The notes under the pieces: generated by a model
Database searches by the model: none
What the model was told of the DNA's origin: nothing
Seen by the model: the letters and a program-made list of their open reading frames with translations, nothing else
Shown here: positions 36,401 to 50,117 of the stretch, piece by piece
How positions within the stretch are numbered: position 1 is the first letter of the stretch
How the letters are laid out: each line of letters starts with the position of its first letter
NCBI GenBank assembly: GCA_001244265.2
Contig: CDLV01000017.1
Location: forward strand, 1-64,000
From: Microbotryum violaceum
Taxonomy: Eukaryota
DNA length: 64,000 nt
Reading direction: 5' to 3'
Position numbers and translations under genes: made by a program

Positions 36401-38335
36401 GTCGTCTCACTGAGGAGTGAAGAAACGTCAGTAGCCAGATTGGCTCAACCAGCTTCGCCCCGAGCGACTCACGTTGGTCCGTAATCAATCACGACCCTCA
36501 CACCTCGATCCATCCAAGCATCCCTTATCCAAGCTTCAACCTTCTCTCCGCCCGTGTTGAGTTGCTTGATCTTAAACCCAGCCCTTTGCCAAGCCTCAAG
36601 CACGGATTCGCCTTCTTGCGGTTGGGACTCGAGGTGTTCGAAGAGGAGCGAGGAAATGGTCGGCGTAAGATCAACGAGCGTGCAGTTCAGTCGTAAGATT
36701 GTACCGGCCAGATCGGACATGAGTGTAGATGGGGTGGTCATGCACAGCGTCGAGCCGTGCTATTGGGGGCATCGAATTTGGAGGCACGATCAGCCAAGGT
36801 GAGCTGGCCTCAGCTGAGGTAGTTTCACGACAGTGACTACTTACGGCAAACGTGTCCCAGATGTTCATGACCGAGACGTCGAACGAATAGCTCGGAAATT
36901 GCAGCACTCGCTCGCCTTTTGCACGACCAAAGACTCCTCGATAGTTTCTGCGTATTCGCGAGAGAACCGAGTCAGAGTTTTAACTCGCTGTTGGAAGGTC
37001 CGCCATGACAGGGGCTTGCTTGGCTCACCTCAGAAAAGCAGAGACGTTGCGATGTTCGACGGCTATTCCCTTTGGCAAACCGGTTGTGCCACTCGTGTAA
37101 ATGACGTAGGCCAAATCCTCTGGCTTGACCGGGGGCCAAGTCGTCTTTTCGATCGGATGACTGTCCTTCATCTCTGGAAGATTCCCGAGAAGCTCTTTAA
37201 CAATTTCCGCAGGATCGACGACAGTCTTCTCCTTCGCCTGATCCCAACCGGACCATCTGATTTGTTCACAATCGTTGCCTTTGACGAGGAAGACGTCTGC
37301 CAACGATCCGACATCTTTCAGCTCGTTCAGGATGGTCTGCTTGCGTTGGTCCGGCCAAGTCGGTTCGAGGTTGAGGTAGGCCGCTCCCGAGAGCAAGACC
37401 GCGAGCATCGAGATGATCATTTCGGGTGACTTGTCCAAGCAGATCGGGATCACGAGGTTGGACCTCGACCCGAAATTGGGGATGATCGCCTTGACGGCGA
37501 GGTATTCGGCGAGGTGAAGTAGTTGCGAGTAGGAGAGGACGAGATCGTCGAATTGCAGCGCCGGCGCATCGGGGTCAGCATCGGCGGTGTGCAAGAAAAA
37601 TCCATGCAGGGTCGTGATTGATTCGGGGTAGTGTTCGTACGAGAGGGTGGGTGCCGAAGTTGCATACTGGACGAGCACTTGTCGATCCGACGGAGACAGC
37701 ATTCTCAAACTCGATAGGGGCGTGACCTCAAGGCTCGAACCGTCAAGTTTGAGCAGTTGGTCGTAAAGGTCGAGAACGTGCTCGAGGATCCATCTTGCTT
37801 CCAACTCGGGGGCCAGCGAAGTATCGTAGGCAATCTCGAGCTTGACGTCTGGCGAGGCCGTGATCACGCTGAGCATTAGCGGATATGGCGCACCACGTGA
37901 CCTTTGCGCATCTCCTTCCTTGAGCATTACGCGGGGACCATTCGAGAGACCGGAGCTCTCGGTATTATCCGAATGTTGTGTCTGTCGCAAGAGATCGCCA
38001 ATGTTGCCATTTCTTCGATCCACAATGCCGCGGACAACCGAGGTTGTTGTGAACGTCCTCGAGTCGCCTGGACTGGCAGTAGCACCAGCACCAGCTTGCA
38101 CAGCAAAGATGAAGCTCTCGTCGCCAGCATGAAGCGAGAGCACGATAGCTACGGCTACTTTCAAGAGGTTCCCATCCTGTGGTCCTTCATCTGCCCGACT
38201 TGATCCGTACTCGGCCGACTCGTGCTGCTCGGCTGCCCGTCTCGTCCTCAACGGAGCCGAGAGCCGTTCGATTCTCGCTGCATCGTATGCATAACGGGGT
38301 GGCAGTCGTGGAAAATTGGGAACCGAAGCAGCCAT
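33434..38335 (-). CDS. Non-ribosomal peptide synthetase, (degenerate C)-A-T-C-T; probable hydroxamate siderophore synthetase
   Basis: YVIYTSGTTGLPKG, YSFDVS, DYGPT|ETT, IYRTGDLGR, GRKDSQVKVNGLRIETGEIE, GKTDRK; T1 FTRLGGDSI; C domain MHHAMS|DGWT; T2 FGSLGGDS|IA. Confidence 0.9.
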
Positions 38336-39056
38336 CGGTGTTATCGGCGCTCGCACAGATTGCAAGGAAGCCAAAATGTAATGAGTGACTCATCCAAGGT
38401 CTAGCGCTCCACGCGAAGGTCGAGCTAATTTTGCCGTCCAAGGCGCCGATTTCGTCATGCCCACCTCGGCGGCCCGGCCGGCACGTGACATTGACCGGAC
38501 GGAGGCGATCATCAGGATATCAGGAGGCTTCGACGAGCAAAAAATCCTCATCCGACGGTGACATGACATACAAGCGTGGCATCCCGGGAGAGCTGTCTGA
38601 AATTAGAAACGATCACGAGACACGTTTTGAGTCCTTCTGGAGGACGAACACGAGGAAGGCGATCGTGATGTCAACTTGCTACTGAATGTGAAAAATGACT
38701 AATCCGACTTGCGGGCCGGGTACTATTAACCATGCGACTCCGAGTCCTCAGATGCAGTGCCCACGCTCACAAGCTTGACTACGCAAGATCGTACCAGTTA
38801 GTAAAATATTGAAGTACAAAAGTGATGAGGTACCACACCCTTGCAAGTCTAGGATGGTCCTACCGTACCCTTTAGTCGGAAAAGCTGGGCAAATCGGACT
38901 CGATCACGGCAGTCGACGACCGTCAAGTACTCATCGCACTGTGTTGCTGTCTGTTCTCGCTCTCGCTCCTGCCTCGTGACATTTGCCCGTGGCTGTCGCA
39001 ACGTCTCCTGCGCGTTGTGGTAACGGGTAACGCCCACACAGTCAGGGTTGGGGGTC

Positions 39057-42000
39057 ATGCCTCGACCACCTCCCGCAAATGGATCTTCCGTGTGGTCATC
39101 TTCCACGGGCAAGGGTCGCATGCTCTCGCCGTCTTCCGCGCCTTCAGCAGCACCAGCGGCGCCGGTGGCAGGACCGAGTGCGAGTGGGCGTCATCATCAC
39201 GCCGTGTCGTCCGTCGGCGGTAGCACCAGTGGCCCAAAGGTACGTCTGGTCATTTGGAGCCTACTTGTGAAGAGCACCTCCAACCTGCTTCAGAGCGAGA
39301 AGCCCCCTCGCGCCCCGCCGCCGTGCCTGGACTGACCTCCATCGCATTCGCGGTGTATTGATACTTCTATTCGTGGCCTCGCAATTGCCTCGGTCCTTTC
39401 CGCCCTCTTCATCGCACATGATCCACCCCAGGTATTCAAACCGTCGACCTCCAAGTCACCATCCTTCTCGCTCGAACTCGTGCCATCCAAACGCAAGCGA
39501 AAAGAGCCGTCCCAATCGCACTCTTCTCGGTCGCAGACTCGAGTTCCGGCTACAGCTCAGCCCACGGCTTCAACGTCCAAGCCAGCTTTGAAGCCCCAAC
39601 CGGTCAAAGCACAGCCAAATTCGATGCTACGGCTCCAAGACGATAAGGCTACACCCACCGAAGCCTCATCGTCGTCATTTTCATCCGACGAAGAATCCTC
39701 GTCCGCGCATGAGCTGCTCCTCCATGAGGCCAAAGCCAAGTCTCAAAGTTTCCAGCCCTCCGGTCCCGCCGTTACTGCTTCCTGCGCAGGCTCAGCCCCA
39801 CTTTGCGCTGCACGCATCAACATCAAGACCAAAGCCAAGGTTGAACCTCCACCACGAATGCTTAAAGCTCGATCAAACAAGACAAAGAAGGTGACCATCG
39901 TCAGCACCGTTCGAGGCGACAACGACTCTAGCTTGGAATCGTCCTCTTCCTCGGAGTCATCCTCGGAGTCGTCCACGGACTCATCGTCGGAGTCATCATC
40001 CGGCTCAACATCAAACTCGGAATCGGAGTCAGGTTCGGGATCGTCTTCGTCCCCGTCGTCTCCCCGAGCACGGCAGCCTCCGAAGAAGAAACGGTTGATC
40101 GCTTCCGAGTCGTCGTCCTCGGGCTCCTCTACGAGAGCCTCGATGTCGCCCAAAGCGCGAGCTCGGGTCATCGCACCGCCTTCAACCACCAAGAAGGAGC
40201 AAATCCAGACGAAGAGACCGCGGGCCCCTCCACCTTCATCGAGCGCCTCGGGGTTTGATGACTCCTCGGAGGACTCGGAATCGCTTTCGAACTCGGCCTC
40301 GTCCTCTTTGTCGAAGGCACGAACGCCTATCGCGAAAGCAAGTTCGTCCTCCTCCGAGTCCAGCAGTGGCCGATCAAGCTCCAGTACTTCTTCATCGAGC
40401 TCTTCGACGTCGGATGCGCCGGCCGCGCTTTCGCCCCCACCGCTCAAGAAGGTGACGAGAAAGCGCCCTCGCATCATTGAGAGTTCGAAAGAGGAAAGCG
40501 ACAACACGCGCAACAAGGTCGAAACGCTACCCCGGAACGGTGGGTCCGAGATGATGACAGAGGTACAAGCAGCATGTACGACTTCCGCATCTGCACGCCG
40601 CAGTAAAGATGCGGTACGACGCAAGCCGGCGAATGCACAGCGTCCCCAACTGGTGGAGCGAGCTCTACATCTAAAGTCGGCTTTGGAAGCGGAGGGGAAG
40701 TTGGCCAAACCCCAGAAGGTGTCGACGCCATCTGCCAGAGCCGGAGCCGGACTGACCCGACACCGAGATACTTCGACGGGTAGTAGCCCGATAGTGCAAC
40801 GAGGTGGGCATATTCGGCATTTGCAGGTGGCTTTCCTGAGCTGACCTTGTGGTTTCATCGCTCTGCAACAGCTGCCTGGGATGGCCCGCCCGCTTCAACC
40901 TCTCGGGCGAACGAGCGGATCAGTCAAGCTGCGAGTGCCGCTTCGAGGCTCCATCCACCTCCCATCCCTTCTCGGGCCCCGACCTCGAGTTTGGCATCCG
41001 CCCCCAACTCCCGTGTCGTACCCGCTCGCAATCCCCTGGCCGAGCCCACCTCCCAATCTCCTGAAACAGCTGCTCCCAAACGCAAGGCAGCACCTGCCGC
41101 GCCAGCACCAGCGGCACGTCCAGCTGCGGCCCCTAAACCCTCGACCGCTGCCCGGCCTCCTCGCTCTGCGATACGCTTCCCAACCTTCGAGCTTGTTGTC
41201 CCAGTGATGCAACTCCCTCGCAAAAAGCGCAAGGTAGACTCTCAACCCCAAGTGAGGGTCCCTCGGTCCCCGGTGATCTCACCAGTAGTCCAGCCCAATC
41301 TCGACGGCGATGCCGACAACTCGACCCTGGGCGTCGCGATGGAACAAAGTGGATCGACGTCGAGCGCGTCGATTTCGAGCACGCCGTTATCTAGCACATC
41401 GATGGCACCGGTCTCGACGCCTGAGGATCATCGCATGGGCTCAATGGTCGTCGACACGAAGCCTATTGTCCGCAAAATGGAGATGGCTTTGGCTCCCGAG
41501 CCTGTGCCACCTCTGGCACCTGTTGCACCTGTCGAGCCCATCATATCTATTGCCTCCGCTGGTCCCGTCGCCCTCGTCCCCCCCGTTGCTCCCGTTGCTC
41601 CCGTCGCCCCCCTCACGTCGATTGCGCCAGCTGCACCAATCGCTCCTGTTGCGCCTGCCGTTCCCCTTGCACCGGCCGCTCCCGCTATATCTGTTGTGCC
41701 TGCCCGGTCCTCTGCGCACGTCGTTGTTGCCACACCTATCGCTGTTGCTGCACCCGTCGCATCCGTAGCGCCTGTCACACAAGCCGCACCCGTCATTGAT
41801 GGCCGACCCACTTTGCGACCACTTGGTGGACCTCCCGGCATCGAGTTGCGCAACATCGCGCCACCCGCACCACCCGACACGCGATTCAATCCGCTGCTCG
41901 AGTACTTCACAATGCCTGCCCACTTGCTTGGATACGCTGTCCGACCTTATGATCCGAACAACAAAGGCAAGGGCAAGGCCCGGGCGCTGTCGTCGGTTCC

Positions 42001-43507
42001 ACTGGAGCGGCTTCCGACCCCTACGATGTTCGCTTCTGCCGACTTGATGAGTGCCGAATCATTTGGCTTGAGGAGGACACAGCGTGTCGCACAACAGGCT
42101 CTTCGACCGTGTGATGTTCCCGCTCCGTTCTCTGTGACCCCGCTTGCAGCATCGGCGGCGGAGTCGACCTCGTCAAGCGCTGACGATGACGACGACGGAA
42201 CGGACAGTGACCCCCAGGATGACACCAATCATTACTTTGATTTCGTCTTCAATACTAGACGAGGGCATCCTGAACTTGACCGGCAGCTTCTTTCCTTCGA
42301 GATAGACTACGGCAGTGACAACGAGGAGGATTTCGCCGAGCTCGATCGAGGTTCGATTGTGGGCCGGGAGCTTGAAGAAGGGAAAGGTTACACGACACCC
42401 TGGCGTTTGGATGGTATCGATGAAGGTAGACGAGGGATTACTCGAGCACTCGAGATCGATGCCGGGATGAACGGAAGGTTTTTTGCCGTCGCTAGACCTA
42501 CGCCCTCTCCCGAGTTGATCAGAGCATGGGAAGCCAGCCAAAGCAGGCCACCAGCAAAAGCGGAAAAGTCGAAGAAACGCAGCGCCGTTGTCGAGACCGA
42601 TTCCGAGTTCGAAATGGAGGATGGCGAAGTTGCCGAGGACAGCGGCTCGGATTACGCCAAGGGTCGTGCCAAGTCGTGTCGAGCGGTTGCAGCTCAAGCG
42701 AACGCACGACCACAACCATTCATTCCGCCACGTCTTCACCGAAACCCAACACATTTCGCATCGGTACCGGACCCATTTGATCTGGGATCGACTTCTAAGC
42801 CTCCTGCATTCTCGACCATTGTGGCTCCTCCAGCGGCACTGCCTCGCTTGAAGCGAGCCGGCGAGGTGGCGGCAAAGGTCTTGCCCAACGAACCAACAGT
42901 ACCACCACTTGGGCCAGCCAATCGCACACTCCCGCAACCTTCTGTCAGTGACACCGCTCATGCTGCGATCCCGCCGAGGTCTCGTTCTACCTCACCCGTC
43001 ACCCATCTTGCGCCACAACCATGGGCAGGCTACCAGCCAAACGCTCAGTCGCAGACTCATACACAGCAACTTTTTGGCTCTGCACCTCTTCATCCCGCTC
43101 TTCGGGCGACGGTTTCCCCTCACTCTCCCACGACGCACGTATCTCAGCCATCAGCATACCCGAGTCTCCTATCTCAACTTTCTTTGTCCCACTCCCATAC
43201 CTTGGCGTCCACGCGGCGGTCGGCGGCGCACCCCAGTGCTTACAAGCCCACCAAGGATCTCGTCCGCATCCCCATGATGATGCAGAGGAACGTCTCGCCC
43301 TTCCTTCACGTGTCCGCGCTGTCCCGCCCAACCTCATCATCGAGCGTGTCAGCGACCGAATCTCGCTCCAGCATGGGTGCCGTCGATCCCCGTTCGAAAG
43401 CGAGGGGAATTCCAGGGATCCGACCGCTCTCCCTCTCTCGCCCCCCCATCGTCGGTAACCATATGAGCGGTAGTCAACGACCCGCTCAGGCTGAGTCAAC
43501 TGTCTAG
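39057..43507 (+). CDS. Large low-complexity Ser/Pro/Ala-rich hypothetical protein (multi-exon)
   Basis: ORFs 39480-40844 and 40847-43507 can be joined by a GT..CTGAC..CAG intron. Basic NLS-like clusters, no recognised domain, start tentative. Confidence 0.6.
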
Positions 43508-43855
43508 GGTGCGAGGTTCGACGGTCCTCTGCACGGAAGCGCGACTTCAAGGTGATTTCTTGCCTTATTTCAAAGTTTTTGGGTTCCTTCGCATCTCCAG
43601 TTCTCACTTTCACACATCCGTCCGTTTTTGCTCCGCACATTCCGCAACAATCTGCACTCGCATAGACTTGTCTAGTAATTGTTCAACTTTGTTGCGGCAT
43701 CTGTTGTTAGTACTCGTTCTCTGCAAAACTGCTCAGCCTCCCCATCATTCGAGCCCTTGGCTTGTCGCTTCGCTTGAGCTTTTAAGCCAAGTTCATCCTT
43801 TCTCTCTTCATTCCAACACCACGAGAAGCTACAATCAGGACGACGCTTTAACACC

Positions 43856-46800
43856 CTATTCGTCATCCCCCTCTTCTTCTTCTTCCTCCTCCTCATCGTC
43901 GTCGTCGTCATCCACAACGATCTCATCCTGGTTACCCGTGGGGGGTACCTCCGCTCCGTCAGGCTCCTCCGTATTCCCCTTCAAGCCCGATCCCGATCCG
44001 GAAGCCTTAACGAAGCCAGTCAAAGTCGCTGCAGACACTTGGGCATGACCCGTCGCCGCATCCAAAGCTGCCATCGGATCAACCTCGACACCTCCATGAA
44101 CGGCTTCGATCGCCTTCTGACCACCTTGTTGCACTTGTTGTAACTTGGCAGCGAGATAGGAGGCTTCGGTATTGAAAGCTGCTTGAACGGCTCGTTTGAT
44201 ACGTAGGTACTGCGAACGGAAGAAAAAAAAACACAATGGAAGATTCAGTCTTCAAAAAATTTCTTCGCAAATTAGCTCGGGAACTCTTCCCCATCACTTA
44301 CTTCTCTAAAAGTATCCTCCGACCCAGTCTCAATCTCGAACGTATTCCAAGCGTTCCAAAACTCCGGTTCGACTCTCGGGTCGCAAAACTGACTCGCATG
44401 AGCAAAGATAGCCCTTGCCCTATCGATTTCACCCAATTTACGTTCGAGCGCGGCGAAACGTAGACACATTTGCGCCGTTTGTCGATCGGGTAGTTGTTCG
44501 ATCGCTCGTTCGTAAATGGGTCGTGTGGCGGGTAGACCAAAGTTGGCTGTCGCTTTGGCGATGTAATAAGTGAACATCTGGGTGTACAAGGATAACGACG
44601 CGCGGAGATCAATTTGTTTTCGCACGTTTTTTTTTTGTTGGCAAGCTTAAGAGCCAGCGGTTGTTTGGAAACGTACCTCCATACGATCCTTGGACTCGAC
44701 GGCTCTCGTCGCACGATCGTACACTGCCATCGCGCGCTTGGCCAATCCATGCTCTTCCTCCAACTGCCCGTAGAGCAAGAACAAAGGTTTGGTGAACTTT
44801 ACGGGACAATCTTGTAATGCCTGTTCGAAGAGGTCCCGTGCGCGTTCAATCTTATCACCGCCCTGTATGACAACAGCAAATAAGGAAGGAATGTGTGAGC
44901 GCGATCAAGGCAAAAAGCAAAAGGGTCTTCTGATGTTCGCACGCACATAACGTTTGATAAACTTGGAAAGATATGCGTTCCAAATCTCGAACGCGATCGG
45001 ATAAGTGAACAGATCCACACCTCGTTCGTAAACCTGATTGTGAGCGAAATTATCAATCCCCCAAGGACGGGTAAGTAAACCAACATCTCCTAATCAATTA
45101 ATTTTTTAATCGGCGCACCTTGAAGCTCTCTTCCCAGTATTGGTTCTCTTCCAGAAAGTTGGCATAATTGATCACGATCTGCGCAGTCGCAATTTTAAGT
45201 TCAAAGATCTGGTCGTAAACGGCCTTGGTCGACTCGACCGAACCGATCGATTCCTCGAGGTCGACGTAGAAAGACCACAATTTGATCGACTTGAATAGCC
45301 GCGCTTGCGGGGAGAGTTTCTGTTCGGGTCAATGAGGCGTCCAAAAGCAGCTGACGATTAGCACACACGGATGGGTAGAAAGATGGGCACCATGAGATGG
45401 ACGTACCTCGTCATGGAAGGAGATCTCTTTCCATTTTTTGGGTATCGTCGTAGCCCTCTGCATGACCTTGATCGCCTCATCGTAATTCCTGGGACACAAA
45501 AACCACGAGGGTCAGTAACGAATGATATGCTTCCTCGCGTGAGGTCGCACAAAAAAACCCACTCGTTCCGAACCTCCATTTCGGCCCATTCGCACCAAAT
45601 CTCGGCCAACTCGTCAACCTTCTTGAACGGGACCTGCGTCGCCTTTTCCAAAATTTTTCTCGCCCCCTCCAAATCCTTCTCACTATGCCCTTCACTACCT
45701 CCCTGTTCGTAAAACTTGGCAAAGTGAATCCAGAGTGTGTGAAAGTGAGTCGTCGCCTTTCTCGGTGCGATGGCCTTGATGGCACGGTTATAAGTCTGCG
45801 CGATCGCTTCGTCATCATCCCCATGCAACGCGACGCGTTTTTCCCATTCTTGCACATCATGAGGATTTCTCCTCAACAGCACGTCGTTGACGAGGAAAGG
45901 TCTTCGATCCATCAACTTCTCAAACTCGACCATGCGCATATCGAGCTCTTTCTCATCCTCGTCCTCGTCCAACGATTCCATCAATCCGGAGATGTAACTC
46001 TCGGAGAACTCGGCGTACGCATCAAAAATTTGGGTAAAGTCACGTAAGGTGACGACGGTCGAGATGCCTTCTTCAAAGATGGCGCGCGCATGGTCGAACT
46101 CGCCGCGCTTGATCCAATAGGTCGCGAGGCCCGTCCACAACCGTCCTGCTTGGTCGAGGTAGATGTTGAGGCCGGCGGAGCGGACGTAGTATTCTACGTC
46201 GATGAGGTCCAAAGAGAGCGGGTCCAAAGGCGCGTCCGAGAACCCTGAAAGCCCCGGTCCCCTCCCGTTCCGCTGAGTCTTGAGGGGTACAGTCGCGACT
46301 GTCGTTTCTTGCGCATTTTCACCTTCCTTCTTGTCCTCAGCAGCAGCCTGCTTAGTTCGCTCCTTTTCCTTCTTGAGACTTTCCTCCAACTCGATCCCAA
46401 CCTCTTCCGGGAACTTTTCGCACACTTCGAGCCACTCGCCCAAGAGTTGGTAAGCGGACTTGCCATCGGGGTCCTTGTACTCGTTGTTTTGCGCGCGTTG
46501 AAACAAGTTGAGCAGCAATTTGGAAGCTTCCAAGGGGCGTGGTGGGGAGAGGTTGAGCAGAATTTGGACATAGTAGGCCGTTGGAGCCGGGTCACACTGC
46601 AAGGGAAGGGAAGGGGGGGAGGGGAGGCGCAACGTTTGACTCTTTTTGACATTAGTTCTCGTCCGAAAATGTGTTATCGCGTGCGCATGGAAACTGACCT
46701 TGAGATATCGTCTCCATACTCTGACGGCGGTTTCACCCCCCACGACGTTTTGTGCCCAGTCGAGGTAGATCTTCCAGATGCGGTCATGCAGTGTCGAAGG

Positions 46801-47651
46801 GAGGGTCCTCAATGCGCGGTCAAAGGTCCTCCTCGCGTGGGTGTGGGACAAGGTCGACGGACATTTCGGATGCAGGAACAAGGTGAGGTACGACAGCCAG
46901 ATACGGGGCATCTGTCCAAAAAGTGTTGCGGAAAAAAAGGATGAGCACTGCTGGGTATGATGTTCGATGATGAACGGCTCGGACTGACCAGAGGCAACCA
47001 CATGAGCGCCCTCTCGTGCACGGCGGCGAGGCTGATCCACTCTTCGTAACCGACGACGCCGTCGAGTGCACCCTGCCAGCCCGCATCGACATCCCTCTCA
47101 CCCTGTTCCAACTCTTCGACTGTTCCCTTTCCGGCCTGGAGGAACTCTACGACGGATCTGCCCTGACGTCCATCGGGCTGGACCCTCGCCTTCTTGGTCG
47201 TGCCGAGCTTGACTTGGTGCGTGGCTCGACCGAGCACGAACGAGGACCTCTGCTTGAGGTAGGCCTTCCACAGCGAGTACGAGGTCGGATGATGTTTCAA
47301 TGCACGTTCGTACAAGTCCGTCAAGCGTTGCAAGCCGAGTCTGCCCTGCGCACTGCTGAGCTTGTACCCCAACACGTCCACTTCTAGGGGGTTATCATGG
47401 GTACCGCGGGCCGAGAGTAACGCCGCGTCAACTTGCTCCGTTGTGAGTTGGATGTACTGCGTCCATTTGGTCAACAGGGAAGGGTTGCGAGCGAGGTCGT
47501 GCTCGGTCGCGTCGTTGGCCAAGTCGAGCAGGCTCGGATGCGTCGCAAAGGTCGGGATCGGCGAGGTCAACGGCAGGTGTTGGCGCAATGACTCGAGCGA
47601 CAGAGTCGGGCCCTCCTCGTGGATGGGTGACGAGGTGGTGGTGGACACCAT
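43856..47651 (-). CDS. SYF1: Pre-mRNA splicing factor Syf1/XAB2 (HAT/TPR repeats, multi-exon)
   Basis: MPRIWLSYL, TFDRALRTLP, MDRRPFLVNDVLLRRNPHDVQEW, LWSFYVDLEES, ERKLGEIDRARAIFAHASQFCDPR. Confidence 0.95.
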
Positions 47652-47962
47652 GGCGGAGAGATAAGAGCGTGTACGGCACCGAGTCGACTCGAGTGTGCGA
47701 GCTTGCAGGAGCTTGAGCTTGAGCGCTGTGGGGCGCTTGAGCCGGATTCATCCACACGCGCGCGCCGATCAATTTCATTAGCTCAGAAACATTCCCCGAT
47801 TATAATGCTCGATTACCGGTGGCGCCTTCGCAACAAAGAGCCCAACATCTGATCGGACCCCCCGCGCGGGCTGACTCGACTGGCCCCCCCCCGGTCCTGA
47901 TCCTCTGTACACCCTCTTCCACCCTTCCACTCCACCGACCCACCGACTCGAAGCAACCAAAG

Positions 47963-49129
47963 ATGAAGGTCGAACCTTGCTACGTTTGCTCTTCTCCCTG
48001 CTACCCAGGCCATGGTCAGTCCTTTCCCCCCTCCCCCCTCCCCCCTCCTCCGCTCCCCCCTCCGCTCCCCTTCCTGTGGTGTGGCGCTTCGCAACGACGG
48101 GCTCAGCTCAGCACATCTCATTCCCGACTCAAGTTAGACTAATCTGCTCACCGCCTCACAATCACCTCTCTACAGGTACGATGTTTGTTAGGAACGATTC
48201 AAAGTGCTTTCGCTTTTGTCGATCAAAGTGTCACAAGAACTTCAAGTACGTGTCTCAACTGTTCGACACTTTAGCGCGCCGCATCTTTCGTCTCGTCTCA
48301 CACCAACACCACCAACACGATCACTGACCCCAACCCCTCCCCCTCTTTCTCTTTTCACACCCCCAGGATGAAGAGGAACCCTCGAAAACTCAAGTGGACA
48401 AAAGCGTTCCGCAAAGCCGCTGGGAAGGAGATGACCGTAGTGCGTTAGATCACGCCCCTATTTCGCTCTCGGGAGCGCGGGTGAACCTTTTTAGAAAAAA
48501 CTGACTGACCATGGTTCCTTCTTCAAACACAAGGATTCTACATTGGAATTCGAGAAACGTCGTCACGTTCCTATCAAGTACGATCGCGATTTGGTCAAGG
48601 TTACGATCGCGGGTATGAAGCGTATTCAACAGGTCAAGGAAAGAAGGGAGAAGGCCTTTTATCGCGCCAGGTACGCTACCCAACCCAACCTACTCCTTCC
48701 GCGTTGGAGCTAACTTGATCGAACTCACCCCACCCCGATGGGATATGTTTTATTATCTTTCCCCTTCATAGAATGCTCGCTGCTCAACCCGCCGTACTCG
48801 CCTCCGATTCACTCGAAGTCACGCGCTCTTCCCACCTCCTCGGATTACAAACCGTTTCCGAATCAACTGCCAAAGCGCTCGAAGCTTCACATTCCTTACT
48901 CAAAGCGAGGAAGGAAACCAAATTGGCTCGTCAGGCCAAACGTCAGAACGAGAGGAAGGAATTATCAACGATGGAAGCGATCAAATTAGCCGATTTAACC
49001 GGAGTCGATTCGTCGATGGAATTGGACCAAGGGGAACAAATCAGGGAAAAGATCAAGAGTTCAAAGAAAAAGAGTGCGACTGCTTTGAAGAGGAGTCAAG
49101 GCGTCAGTATGGGTATGGATACAGAGTAA
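47963..49129 (+). CDS. RLP24: Ribosome biogenesis protein Rlp24 (multi-exon)
   Basis: [63 protein letters not shown]|..[18 protein letters not shown]. Confidence 0.94.
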
Positions 49130-49750
49130 AGAGTAAAAGAGGGTCGAGTAAGCGCTTTCTTTCTACCCCCTTTTTCTTTCGTTGTACACCCGAGTTTTTC
49201 ACTGTCTTGTTACTCTCTCTCTCCGCTTTGGAGGAGGACGCGAGCGCAAAATGTTTTTTTTCTTACTTCCTCCTTGTATTGTAACACGACCGCTTTCTGT
49301 CCCTTCAACCTCCTCAGAATCGTCGGTCGAGAAAGGACCAAGCCGAGAGCACTTGGAAGGCCCCTTTTCCGGCGCACTGGATGGAGCCACTTTTTGACAA
49401 TTCTGCTCTCCAGATGAAGGGAGGCATAAAGAAACAACATCAACACTCCATATCTCTCTCTCTCTTTCTCTCCTCTCATCTCGAGAAAAAACGGGGGGGG
49501 GGGCAAACCAAAATCGTACAAAGAAGGGTAAAAACTCAAAAAGACGAAAGAAAAAGAAAGGGTAGGGGGGTTCAAAATCAAACGAGAAAAGAAGGGGGAA
49601 AGGCTGGACGCAAGCAAACAAAAACGAATCAAGAGTGAGAAGGGTTAAGGGTAGAAGTAGCTCGGTCAAAAGAATGAAAACAAAACGCCCCCATCTTACT
49701 CCCAACTCTCTCTCTCTCTCTCTTGCCCCTGCTCCATCCTCGACCAATTT

Positions 49751-49797
49751 CCCATCCCATCCCATCCCATCCCATTCCATTCCATTCCATCCCATTC
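49751..49797. repeat. (CCCAT/TCCAT)n pentanucleotide microsatellite
   Basis: Direct observation. Confidence 0.8.
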
Positions 49798-50074
49798 CCC
49801 CTATTTCTCTTCCTTCCCAATCCATCCAACCAACTCCCAACAACAAGCCACGAATCCTCCGTCCAACCTCCCTGAACAAAGACTCGCCAGCCCTCTAACC
49901 CTCCTCTCCTCTCCTCTCCTCTACTCTGATCATCTTTCAAAAAAAACAACATCATCGAACCCTCGTTTTAAGAGTTGTTTTCTTTCATTGACACAAGTCC
50001 CCAAAATCCCGAAAGACGAAAAGGAGGAATGGTCAATTTTTTGGTTTTTGTTAAAAGGGGGGTCGGGAGGTGTG

Positions 50075-50105
50075 GGTGGTGGTGGTGGTGGTGGTGGTGG
50101 TGGTG
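50075..50105. repeat. (GGT)n microsatellite just 3' of the eIF4A stop
   Basis: About 10 units. Confidence 0.85.
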
Positions 50106-50117
50106 AGATAATCGCTT

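Noticed and set aside
38336-39056. GATA (Urbs1/SreA) iron-repression sites upstream of the NRPS
   Set aside because: Only isolated GATA words are present, with no convincing extended or paired motif.
39743-40858. Long antisense ORFs here and at 50367-51149 and 35339-35986
   Set aside because: Shadow ORFs of GC-rich coding strands of identified genes.
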